Positions 25,847-39,199 of a stretch of 64,000 nt of DNA are shown piece after piece. Every line of letters starts with the position of its first letter. Position 1 is the first letter of the stretch. Source of the stretch: Octopus sinensis (taxonomy: Eukaryota); NCBI RefSeq assembly GCF_006345805.1, contig NC_043008.1, forward strand, positions 28,272,001-28,336,000, in the 5' to 3' direction. The notes below the pieces were generated by a model. It was not told the DNA's origin. It did not search any database and saw nothing but the letters and a program-made list of their open reading frames with translations. Made by a program: the position numbers and the translations under genes.

Positions 25847-26870
25847 TTATGTGTATGTGTAATGTGTGAATGACTGTGTGTATAATGTGTGTTGAATGTT
25901 TCCAGTTATTTTAGTTCCAGTAATGGGAAGATAAAATGCAATTATGCAATTCTACTGCTTTCCGTAGCATTGGGGTAGGTTATGTCATGTATGATATTCA
26001 TATCTGTATTTACTTGGAAAGAAAATCCACTTCTAAGTATGGAATGGGAAGCAGTGTTCCATACTTGTTGTTGTTACATATTCAACATCTCTTATCTCCG
26101 CAGTCCTTCAAAGAGAATATTGAATTATCCTCTGGTGTGAATTTTGTTCTCTTGAGATGTTTACAATTTTTTTTGTGCCTGACGTTTACTGTTTCGTATA
26201 AGGCTTTCATCAGCCATATTTGTTTTCATTTTGGGGCATTGTAAGCGTTTTGTAGGGTAAGTTTAGAGTAATTTTATAATACATAGATCATTCCTGGAAT
26301 ATGTGTATTTATAGGAGAGATAGTATTTTCTCTAATATGTTTCTTAGATGTCTTCAGGTACATGATGTTCAAAGTTATAGTCTTTATAAAGCTATTACTT
26401 ATTAATTTTAACGTTTGCTATTATTTATTTAGGAAGCATCTGAGTCGAATTTGATGTATTTTGGGATCGATTGCGATTCTATTGATACACATTACCATAC
26501 TGTATGAAGTATTCCGTTTAATGTGTGAAGGATGACAAGCGTAGAATTACAAAAATTGTTGTGTCTCTTTTTGTAAAATACATCAATTGTTACTGAGGAG
26601 TCCCATATTTTTACGTCAATAGCTAAGAATTGCATATCATTATAACTGGTTTCTGTCGTGAATTTGATAGATGTGCGAAGAGTGTTAAAATTTCCTCTGG
26701 TCAAAAATTTTCTCTCTTCCTCTACAGTTTTTCTTCTAAAAAAATAAAGCCATATCAAAATAGCATATGAGAGTGCACATTTCGTCCTATAGTTGTGTGT
26801 ATTAGTTGTCAATATTTTTAGCACCAAGATTAAAGGTGATCTACAGTCGCAAGCATTCTGCCTTGGCAAT
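25560..26870 (-). mobile_element. Penelope-like retroelement fragment (RT thumb to GIY-YIG end), interrupted by (GT)n
   Basis: FNTLRTSIKFTTETSYNDMQFLAIDVKI..IDVFYK; LIRNSKRQA..KDCGDKRC*IC. Confidence 0.7.
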
Positions 26871-26958
26871 GTAATAATCCGTTTTCAATCTTTCATATAT
26901 TATATCTACTTTACAAACACATGCGTATATATATATACACACACACATATATATATAC

Positions 26959-27000
<42 letters not shown>

Positions 27001-27004
<4 letters not shown>

Positions 27005-27294
27005 AGGCGCAATAGCCCTGTGGTTAGGGCAACGGACTCGGTGTTTCGATTCCCAGACCGGGTGTTGTGAGTGTTTATTGAGCGAAAACACCTAAAGCCC
27101 CACGAGGCTCCGGCAGAGGTTGGTGGCGATCCCTGCTGTACTCTTTCGCCACAACTTTCTCTCACTCTTTCTTCTGTTGGCCTGCTCGCTTAGCCAGCGG
27201 GGTGGCGTCATTTGAAGGTTAAACAATGCGAAGCGCTTTGTGACCAGCGATGTATAGCAACATCTGATAACTGGTCGGTCACGGTGTCACGGTG
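27001..27294 (+). mobile_element. tRNA-derived SINE, family C
   Basis: tRNA-like head GGCGCAATAGCCCTGTGGTTAGGG..TTCGATTCCC; second copy at 20557-20716. Confidence 0.75.
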
Positions 27295-27302
27295 ATATAT
27301 AC

Positions 27303-27377
<75 letters not shown>

Positions 27378-29716
27378 GACCTCTGCATTGACTTGCATCA
27401 CCATTGTTGGCCAATCCCCTAGGTGCAGACCTTGTTTCATTAGGATTATATAGCTACTCACGATCACTGAAATGCTTAATATTATTTTTGCTCTAATATC
27501 TTCTATAGGACTAAAATGTTGCGTACGTTTTCTCAGTCTTTTTAGTATTTTTGATCTCATAGATATTATAACCTTTTCGTTATGCAAATATTAAAGTATG
27601 AGTTGAAAAGCGCAGAGTTTAAAGTTTATGTCTGGTTACACATCTCATATTTTAGTTGCAAAACTAGCGCTTTTCAAAGCTTTTTGCCACTCGGGGACAA
27701 TCGTTGTTGAAGGTACTGTTAGAATCACAATCCATGATTTTCAGCAGTTTTATGAATAAAGGTTTTTTAGAAATATATATTACTCTATTCGTCATTCTTG
27801 GAAAGAAGGACTACACTCCTACTCCTGATGCGAGTCAAAGACCAAAACTATATATAACAACTTTGCCTATCTTCATCATACATTGAGTACCTATATTTTC
27901 TTCCTTTTGTGTAAACATCTGAAACTTCAAACTATAAATCGAATAATTATTCGAGCAGAATGCCTCATACAATGATTAACCTGTCGTTTATCAGGTATTC
28001 TCTCTTCTGTCAAATTACAATATATTTCCCTTATCTAATAGCATCTATTCTATTTCTCAGATTCTGTCTTCATTTTACTATGTAACGAGATGTTTGCCAT
28101 TGATAAATAGTTTAAGTAGCTCGCTAATCTAGGCTAAAAAGGCTTTCCCAGCATATTATTAAATACTCACGTACCATGAAAGAGGCCGTAATGATAACAA
28201 ATTTTCTGTTACGAGGATATCGCATGCATATCTTCAAATTAGCTCGTGATCCTACAATATGACTAGTAGCTAATATAACAAGATATCAGATCTAATGCTA
28301 CACGAAGGAATTCTCGACATATTAACAGAAATTTTACATTAGAATATTTCGAAAAATCCTCCAATATTTGTCAGAATTCCCACTTGAAATTGTAATGTAT
28401 CACAAGAACATTGCAAAATATATCAGAATCACATGCCACCTCCAGAAAATATTTTGATGCCTAAAGAACTCCAGAAAACGGACATCTGCGAAAGGAGGAG
28501 CCTGAATTACGCTTCTATAAAGCTACACACATCAAGTAAAAATCAATGTCAGTGAGTAGTACTTATTTATCCCGTGGCTCAGACACCCAGAAGTACACTT
28601 GAACGTAAATGGTACAACTACTCGATGCGTAAAAATTTTCATATTTCATGAGTGCACTCCTGTAAATCTAAGAATTTTGAACACAATAACAACTATTAGA
28701 TAAGGAAATTGTGGGGGAAAGGCTAGGCAGCAGGGAAAACTCTATCCAGAACTTCTAAATCAATACTCATTCCAAAAGTAAGACAAAACGGTTGTCTTTG
28801 CTTAAGATGTTGATAGAAAACCACGTAACAGATGGAATCTTGTTAGTGAGTATTGCAGCGCGGGCTGGGGTACCGACATCAGTTTAGTCATAACTATACA
28901 ACAATGAAGTATATGTGTGTTTGTATGCCTGTTTCTGTGTGTGTGCGTGTATGTACGTATATTAATACACAGCACATTTATACATATGATTATATTCATA
29001 CATACATGTTTATATATTTATATAAACACATATACATACATAGGTGCATTTACTTATTTCAGTTATTAGACTGAGGAAACGCGTTGGCGTGTTCAGTGAA
29101 AGAAATCGACCACAGTTTCGTGAAGACTGGTATCTATTTTATGGGTCGCTTTTGCTAAACCTACATCTTATGTTGGTATAAAAAAACAATACCGGATGTC
29201 AAACGGTTGGGACGGCATACGTATTACACAACGACACGCACGAAAACACACAACCCATATTGTAGACGTCATACATATTTACAAACAGCTGAGAGAACGG
29301 GAAAACTTTAGTTATTTTTTGGGGGGTGGGGGGGGGGGCTGTGAATGACAGCGAATAAAAATTGGTTTGCAAAACTCTTTTGAGCAGAAAAGCACAAAAC
29401 CTTCATTATCAAAAATTGTCGTTTCATGTCTCATTAGCGATTTTTTATGGATAAGTATTTTAGAATCTCAGTTTTACATGTTACTAACAACAGCATTATA
29501 CGTGTATCAAGTACCAATGTGTGTATATGTGTGTGTATGTATGTATATATACATATATATATACATTATACACACACACAAACACACACACAAATATATA
29601 CACATATAAATATATACAGTTAATCCAAACAAGAAAGCGCAAAGCAACACAAAAACACGAGGACCTGGAACAAATATAGTATTATTGGACGCTCAGGAAA
29701 GAAGGAAAGAAGGAGT

Positions 29717-29751
29717 GTTTAACGTTTCGAGCGGAGCTCTTCGTCGCAAAC
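29717..29751 (-). ncRNA. Degenerate minimal hammerhead motif
   Basis: Minus strand reads GTTT-GCGACGA-A-GAGC(TCC)GCTC-GAAACGTT-AAAC. The stems are intact but core positions 3 and 4 are altered. Confidence 0.45.
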
Positions 29752-29843
29752 ATAGAAGAAGGCAAGTTCCAGAGAAAGGAAGACAGAGGAAAAAGAATCT
29801 ACAACGGTACACACGCGGTCACATTTTGAATATATAGATATAT

Positions 29844-29894
<51 letters not shown>

Positions 29895-30366
29895 CATATA
29901 CATATAACTTAATTTAATTATATCATTTAGAAAAATTACATAATATAGAAAGATTAAATATAAGATAAAACATATAAAAATGATTAAGTAATATGCAACG
30001 TGTGTCTGCATGTGTATGTGTGTGTGTGTATTTATGTATGAATGGAAAGCAGCCTGATGGATATAAACAATAACGAACACACATATACAAAGAATGTTTT
30101 ATTAGTCTGTGAGCTGGACATGATTGTAGGCGTAAGAGAATAAATTTTCTCATGAATTTGCCTAGTATTACAACCCCCGGAAGTTATAAAAAAGCGAGAT
30201 CACTCGCATCAGGCTCCCTTACAAGAGAGGCAGACGTTAATGTTTCGTCACCTTTGTTACTTGTCAATACAGTTTACTCTAATCGAGGCCAGATACAATT
30301 GAAACCGCCTACTATGACTATACGTATAAAGAGGAATATCTATCTATCTCTCTCTCTATCTCTCTC

Positions 30367-30403
<37 letters not shown>

Positions 30404-30446
30404 ATATCTATATATATATATATATCTATCTATCTATCTATCTATA

Positions 30447-30481
<35 letters not shown>

Positions 30482-30483
30482 AT

Positions 30484-30514
<31 letters not shown>

Positions 30515-30577
30515 CATAGAAATATTAAAATTACTAAGTCTTACTAAATTACTAAGGAGATTACGGCAGCGTTGGTG

Positions 30578-31067
30578 GATATTAATAGTTATCGCCATAC
30601 TAATATGGCAGTCTATAAATATAAGACTAAAGCTGTCACTGATTAGCTCCAGGAGGCCATCGCCTCTAGCTAGCTATATGACACACGGACCTGCGACCAT
30701 TAAAATCTTTGAACAGGGGAGGTCACCGCTTTACCTTGCTAGTAAATTTAATATTTCTATTATTGAAAACACGTGGATGTATTCCACTGTAACTAGGTAA
30801 ATAAAATCTTCGAACAGACGGTCAGTAGCGACACCTGCTGGTTCTGACTACGCTGCATTGATAAAAGGCAACAACCCTGAAACATGTCTGCAGATGTATG
30901 ACTAGCAAGGTAAAGCGGCTGACCTCCCCTGTTCGAAGGTTGTAATGGACGCAGGTTCGTGTGTCATATAGCTAGCTAGAGGCGATGGCCTCTTGGAGCT
31001 AATCAGCGACAGCTTTAGTCTTATATTTATAGACCGCCATATTAGTATGGCGATAACTATTAATATC
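30578..31067. repeat. Fold-back element: ~166-bp inverted arms around a 157-bp HHR-containing spacer
   Basis: 30578-30743 is the near-perfect reverse complement of 30901-31067. Confidence 0.9.
30853..30893 (+). ncRNA. Minimal type I hammerhead motif with U3-A8 core covariation
   Basis: CTGCA-TTGATAA-A-AGG(CAACAAC)CCT-GAAAC(AT)GTC-TGCAG: 5-bp stem I and a GUC triplet. Confidence 0.7.
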
Positions 31068-31075
31068 TATCTATC

Positions 31076-31130
<55 letters not shown>

Positions 31131-31131
31131 T

Positions 31132-31169
<38 letters not shown>

Positions 31170-31170
31170 C

Positions 31171-31220
<50 letters not shown>

Positions 31221-31254
31221 ATATGTATATAATATATATGTATTATATATATAT

Positions 31255-31390
<136 letters not shown>

Positions 31391-32099
31391 AACAAGAATA
31401 TTATTGACAGTGATTTTGAAGTTTGAACCAGTAAAGCATCGTCGGACTGCGAGACGCTGAATTTCATCTTGCCTGATTAGTCCGTTGAGTTAAAACCTTC
31501 CTTTAGTACGTTGGCTTGTGTGGAATGATAATTAGCTTGTAGTCTCAGTTGTTACAGAGATGAGTTTAGGGGAAATATTTCTTGAAGTAATTTGGGGTTA
31601 TATCATGGTTTTGAATTTATTCACGTATATAGAAATTTGCAAGTAGGTATGTATATTTTAGATCATCCCATTGCTTTTAGCGGTTCATGGAAAGGATGTA
31701 GGTAGGTCTAGGATGGCGATTAGTTGTAATTATTTTTTTTGTTTTAATGGATTAAGTCATTTGCTATAACAATATAAAAGTCAAAGGTTCAAAATTTATC
31801 CACTAATTAAAATCTTACTAATGCCGTGCGTCAAATTTTGTAATGGAATTTTGTAAGGGTTTGCAAAAGAATGTAAGTAGGGTGTATATTTTAGCGAGGT
31901 CTGAAAATAAAAATAAAAGTTAAAATATTCCGCTTTTAGTCATCCACAATAATCGAAACAGCATCCTGAAATATCCCAATTCTATGTCAGTCACCAGATC
32001 TCCAACGATTAGTAAAGCCGAACACCTAACGTGAAGTGATTCACATTTAAAAAAGAAACGATGCTACAAACCCACTATTGTGGGAAACGCGAATTAATT

Positions 32100-32434
32100 A
32101 AACAAGGGACAACCAAAAGACCTAAGAATGGGAAGAAATGAAAAATAAATGCAAACATAAATTTCAAAATAAAAAAAAAACCCCTCATCAACTGCATCAC
32201 ATGCCCACAATGCAATGAAATCTACATAGGGAGATAGGGAGGAAACTGACCATCCGTGTAATTTATGGATTCATCTCTTAGGAATGTCCCATGAAGTGAA
32301 CAACTATATATCTGTGCAAATGGAAAATTTTAAATATTCTCATTATACAAATTAAACGATGAAAATATACAACTACAAAAGGCAAAAGAAGATTACTTTA
32401 TAAAAATTCTAAATCCGAAACTAAGCCGAAAATA
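32100..32434 (+). mobile_element. Penelope-like GIY-YIG 3' fragment
   Basis: LINCITCPQCNEIYIG..LYICANGKF..LYKL..KEDYFIKILNPKLSRK*. Confidence 0.7.
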
Positions 32435-33535
32435 GTCATCTCTCTATATAATAAACAATGATGAAAGTATATTTATGAGCAAAACAACAGTTCGGAAATA
32501 AACCGGAAATAACACTACCTCTAGTACGAAAATAATTAAGAGCACGTATGTTTGAAAAGGCTTAACGAAAGCGCTTACATACTTGAAAAAATATCCATCC
32601 CCAAAAGTTTAGTAACATCCCCATAAAAGATTTCATATTATTTAAAAAGAACAATAATATTAAAATCACATTTTAAAGGTTACATTAAGTAATCGTCATA
32701 AACTTTCAAATATGTATACAAATATATTTGTCTCACGTGCATACATGACTCACAGTTACGTGATGGTGCAGTGATTAGGAAGCGTCGATCTCAACAACTC
32801 AAAGGGAAAGAGAGAGTTAAATGAGGACATCAAACATGCCGTCTAGATGTTGGTAGCTCAAGCCACGCGGTGTTCATGCTGTACAATAGAGAGCAGCTAA
32901 TGTAACATTGTCTTCACTGACAAAATATACGTGGAATTATGGGGAAGACTGGTAAACAAAAGCGGTGTTGTCTGGAGAAACTAACCACCACAGAAAACTT
33001 GAGAATATGCCACATGATTACAAAAAGTATTCTATACCATTCTCCAGCCATGCACATTGAAATATCTACAACTGAAAAAAGTATACCCACCATTTCTTTC
33101 TAGCAACGAACGAATACATTACATTCTACAGAATCTACACATTTTTACCTGTAAGGATATTTTCTGTTGTCATAAATATTTCAACGGCATCATTCGAAAT
33201 TGATGTATGTATTTCTTTATATTTAGGTCATCAATACACTGCTTTGTAACGTAATTGCACCCAGATATGACCTATGTTCTACAACACCTCAAATTTTTTA
33301 TATGTTCCATAAATTCCTGTAAATGAAGTCGGTACTTCTATTCTTAATATTTGCAATGTCGTGATAGATATGTCATGCTGTTGATAATATTGAATGCAGG
33401 ACTGAAAATCAAGACGATGAAAAACAAGGTTAGGAAGGAATATAAGCTATTAGAAAAGTTACGGGTGTCAGTAGAAGAAGAGAAAGTGGTGCGGGAAGAA
33501 AAGTATCGAAAAAAGAAATGAAAAGAGGAAGAATG

Positions 33536-33680
33536 TGAAGAGAAAGAAGAAGAAGAAGAAGAAGAAGAAGAAGAAGAAGAAGAAGAAGAAGAAGAAGAAG
33601 AAGAAGAAGAAGAAGAAGAAGAAGAAGAAGAAGAAGAAGAAGAAGAAGAAGAAGAAGAAGAAGAAGAAGAAGAAGAAGAA
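33536..33680 (+). repeat. (GAA)n microsatellite; a (TTC)n tract also lies at ~34693-34790
   Basis: Directly visible; explains the poly-K, poly-F and poly-L ORFs in the track. Confidence 0.95.
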
Positions 33681-34021
33681 GGTGGCTAATATAGTTAATG
33701 TGATAGAATTACTGATTAGTGACAGGTGTCTGGAAAAAAAGCATGAAAGAAAATGAGGAAGAGATCACTTAAAATGTCTGAATTCAAATATTTGGGGTTA
33801 TTAAATGTTATCAGATAGATTGCGTGTGAAAGAATGATTATTTTATTGGATGCAGAATTAATGGATAGACACATAAATTCATTTACGAGGTTATTATCTG
33901 TCAAAAAGGTTATATTCATGTTGCTTGTGTGTTCTTGTTTTGCTGAGAAATGAGAATTGTATATCAGTTAAAATACGACTATACATTCGTTCGCACAACC
34001 ACTACTGCAGACACCACATTC

Positions 34022-34094
<73 letters not shown>

Positions 34095-34172
34095 ATATAT
34101 ATATATATATAAATATATATATATATTATATATATATATGTATATATATATACATATCTATACATATATATG

Positions 34173-34217
<45 letters not shown>

Positions 34218-34256
34218 CATATCTATACATATATATATATAAATATATATATATAT

Positions 34257-34318
<62 letters not shown>

Positions 34319-34747
34319 CACACACACACTTGTATGTGTATATAAAATGTGGAATATGTAATCTTAATGTGTAATCATACGTAAATGAATGTGAACCGTG
34401 CTCGCTATTCCAAAGTGAGGTAAACAATCTTTAATTTGTATACACCCAACAATATTATTGCCATATTCTCGCAGCTGAGATGGTTATCAATTAGCACTCT
34501 CAGTTGCTAATGCAGGAACAATATTAACTGGAACTGCGCATTAAATTAGGTTCTAATTTAAAATTTGGAAATGGTCCACTTTACCTCCCACCACTTGAGG
34601 TTGGATAAAGGAAAAGCAACCAGTAGAGTAGGATTTAATCGAAAAGACTCATCCCCTAAAATCAAAGCCCCTGTGGCTATATTTGAAAGCAATCTTCTTC
34701 TTCTTCTTCTTCTTCTTCTTCTTCTTCTTCTTCTTCTTCTTCTTCTT

Positions 34748-34778
<31 letters not shown>

Positions 34779-34854
34779 TTCTTATTCTTCTCCTCCTCCT
34801 CCCATCCTCTTCATGATCATCATCAACATCATTATTATCATTTTATTAATATTA

Positions 34855-35990
<1,136 letters not shown>

Positions 35991-37853
35991 TACGTTTGAC
36001 TTTCGCTTTACATTTGCAGAAGCTGGCTCCAAGTCTCACCCAGAGACCTCAAGAGACAACAAGTTGGAAGTTAATGTTGGTGTTATGCTTAGCGTGCCAT
36101 ATATTTGGTTTTTTATACTTAGTGTTGTACTAGTGAATGCCTAAAAAAACATACGAAAATTGTGTTTGTTTTAAAACTTGAGATTACATAGAAAGTATTT
36201 CGCGTAGGATATGAGCAGTTCCCATGAGCACTATCTTTTGAATTTCTGCCATTTTTGTGTTTCCTGGTTTCTGGGTTAGGTAACAATCATCCCCTTTTCT
36301 ATCATTCCTAGGGCACCTATGACAACAGGTATTGTATTAGTCTTCATGTTCCACATTTTGCTGATTTCTATTTCCAGATCTTTATATTTGCTCAGTTTCT
36401 GGTAGGTCTTGACAGATACGTTTATATCGACGGGGACAGTCATATCAATGAGGAGGCATGTTCTTTGTCTGGAGTCTTTCAATATGATGTCTGGCATATT
36501 CGCGTCTATCTTTCTGTCAGTTTGAAAGGTGAAATTCCAGAGGAGTGAGATGTGGTAATTTTCAAGCACTGGAGGTGGTTTGTGTTCCCACCAGTTTTTA
36601 TCATGTGGCAAGTCCAGGCTTTTGCAAATTACCCAGTGAATATATTGTGCAGCTCTATAATGCCTGTTGAGATACTCTGTAGGTGCAAGAAGACTGCACT
36701 TGGAGACAACATGATCAATGGTTTCATTTTGTTGTTGACATACACGGCATGTTGGGTTACTGCCGTTCTTTAAAATGTTGGCCTGGTAGTTCTTTGTAGG
36801 TAGGCATTAATCTTGAGCTATTATGATAAACCTTTCGGTTTCAGATTTTAAGTCAGAGGCCATTAGCCATTGATGGGTCAGGGCTTTGTCAAAATCTGCA
36901 TTATTCACTCTCTTTGGGTATTTGCCACAGAGAGGTTTTTCTTGCCATTTATTATTCAGAATATCTAAAGCAGCAGTTTTAGCACGGTTTGTCATGCGTT
37001 TAGCTTTTTCTGTGCTTGTTTCTTGTGTGTCTAATTCCGAAATTTGTTGTATTCGGAATTGACTTAGATTTTCCTTTGCCTGTTTTGTTACTGAGTATGA
37101 TGCTTTCTTGTCTTTATGTTTTGAGACAAATTTTAACATCCAGTCCTCAGAGATTTTCAGGTTGGTGTTTAGGCCATTTGTAGCAATCTTCATTGTTATT
37201 GCCAGTTGTAAAAGTCTACGGCCTCCCTCTTTTCTTGGCAGATAAAGTCGTTCTATATCTGCTTTAGGGTGGTGCATTCTATGCATTGTCAACAGTTTTC
37301 GTATTTTTCTCTCAAGATTACATATTTCAGTAATTGACCAGTTAACGATATTGAAACTGTAAGTCATGACTGGTATGGTGAAAGCATTGATCGCTTCGAT
37401 CTTGTTTCTTGCATTCAGCTCTGTCTTGAGTATTGCTCATACTCTGCGATAACATTCTCTCCTGATCCTTTCCTTCATCACTGAATGCCCTATTCCATCC
37501 CCTTCAATTACTCCTAGGTACATGTAGCTCTCCGCTGGACATTCTGCTGGTCGAGGTAAACGTTAGATGTTTCCGTCATTTTTCCTTTGATAAAGGTAGC
37601 TTTTGCACATTTATCGAGGTCAAATTGTATTCTGATGTCATCGCTGAATTGTTTAACAATCGTTAGTAAGTCCTTGGGTTTTTGGTAATTTTTTGCTAAG
37701 AGCTTTAAATCATCCATGTAAATGAGATGATTTATATTTTAATCCAACATTTTGTATCCGTACTGTGCGTCATTGAGCAATTTTGAGAGAGGTATTAGGG
37801 CTAAACAAAAGAAGAGTGGTGATAGTGAGTCACCCTAGAAAATGCCATATGAA
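35991..37853 (-). mobile_element. 5'-truncated R4/Dong-like LINE (RT + RLE) with both ends in (TAA)n
   Basis: GIF*GDSLSPLFFCLALIPLS..HLIYMDDLKLLA; HHPKADIERLYLPRKEGGR; NMPDIILKD..LIDMTVP..KLSKYKDLEIEISKMW..PVVIGALG. Confidence 0.9.
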
Positions 37854-37856
37854 ATT

Positions 37857-37931
<75 letters not shown>

Positions 37932-37933
37932 CC

Positions 37934-38008
37934 CATGGGCATATGGTGCAGTGGTTAAGACCGCGGGCTACAAACGCCATGATTCCGTGTTCGATCACAG
38001 GCAGTGCC
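37934..38008 (+). mobile_element. Isolated tRNA-like SINE head
   Basis: TGGTGCAGTGGTTAAGA..GTGTTCGATCAC A/B-box-like motifs. Confidence 0.4.
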
Positions 38009-38262
38009 CTTAATATTAATGATAATAATAATAATAATAATAATGATAATAATAATAATAATAATAGTAGTAATAATGATAATAATAATAATAATAAATA
38101 ATAATAATAATAGTAATAATAATGACATAAAAATACTTTGGGAATAATAACCGAGGTCGTGCAATTACCAGTGTTCTTTTTGTGACAGCATCACTAGGTG
38201 TATTATCAATAATAGCATCGGGAGATTCCAACCGTTTCCTTTCTTTGTTGTTGTTATTATTG

Positions 38263-38320
<58 letters not shown>

Positions 38321-38838
38321 CATCATCATCACCACCACCAACACCGCCACCACCACCACCACCACCACCACCGATATTATTATTTTCATTTATTTACTTC
38401 CATTTGTCATTGTTAATATTTCCTCTGATCCGACATGAGTTTTGGCTAAATTATCGTTATTATCATTATCAACATCATTATGACTATTATTTCCATTTAT
38501 TATTAAAAAGTATTATTGAATGTTGTTTAGTTTTAACTTTTGACTTGTACTTGAGATGATCATAAATATGTGAGTGTTTAAGGGAACAGTAGTAGCAAGC
38601 GAGACAACTTGGTGAATAGATTAAATTCAACGGGTCTGTAAATAGAATCGGTAGATGGTGAAGCGATCAGCAATAGTTATTCTTGTGCAATAATGTGATA
38701 GAACAAACAAAAGCGGCCTCACACCATTGGAGTCAGCAGAAGTCAAATGTGTTTACAACTACTAGAGATCAATGAGTGCGCTGAACTTGGCCTTGAGAAG
38801 AACCTTGTTCTATTTTTAATTACTGAGAGCAAAATATT

Positions 38839-38876
<38 letters not shown>

Positions 38877-39016
38877 AAGAGAAAGAGGCAGAGGGAGTGA
38901 GAGAGAGAGAGAGAGGGTAGAACCTCGGTTTTGGAACAACTGTCATCGCGAATCAATAGTAGTACTTTATGTCCTGTCTTTCTCATATTCATTTAATACA
39001 GTAGAACCTCGGCTTA

Positions 39017-39094
39017 CGAACGCCTCTGATCACGAGTAAATCCTGCTTTATATATATATATAAAGCAGGATTTACTCGTGATCAGAGGCGTTCG
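39017..39094. repeat. Perfect 78-bp palindrome centred on (TA)5 within pogo/Tigger-like TIR sequence
   Basis: The 34-bp arm CGAACGCCTCTGATCACGAGTAAATCCTGCTTTA and its exact reverse complement; preceded by CAGTAGAACCTCGG. Confidence 0.9.
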
Positions 39095-39199
39095 AAAAGC
39101 GAGCGAAGAGTTAGTCATTTTTGACCACGTTGCGAAAGAGGAAGGTTGTCTTTGAGACTTACTGTTGTTATTACTGTTATTATTACTGTTGAAGCGATT

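Noticed and set aside
26175-26215. CTGATGA..GAAAC..GTC on the minus strand, hammerhead-like
   Set aside because: Stems I and II do not pair, and the segment is PLE coding sequence (LIRNSKRQA).
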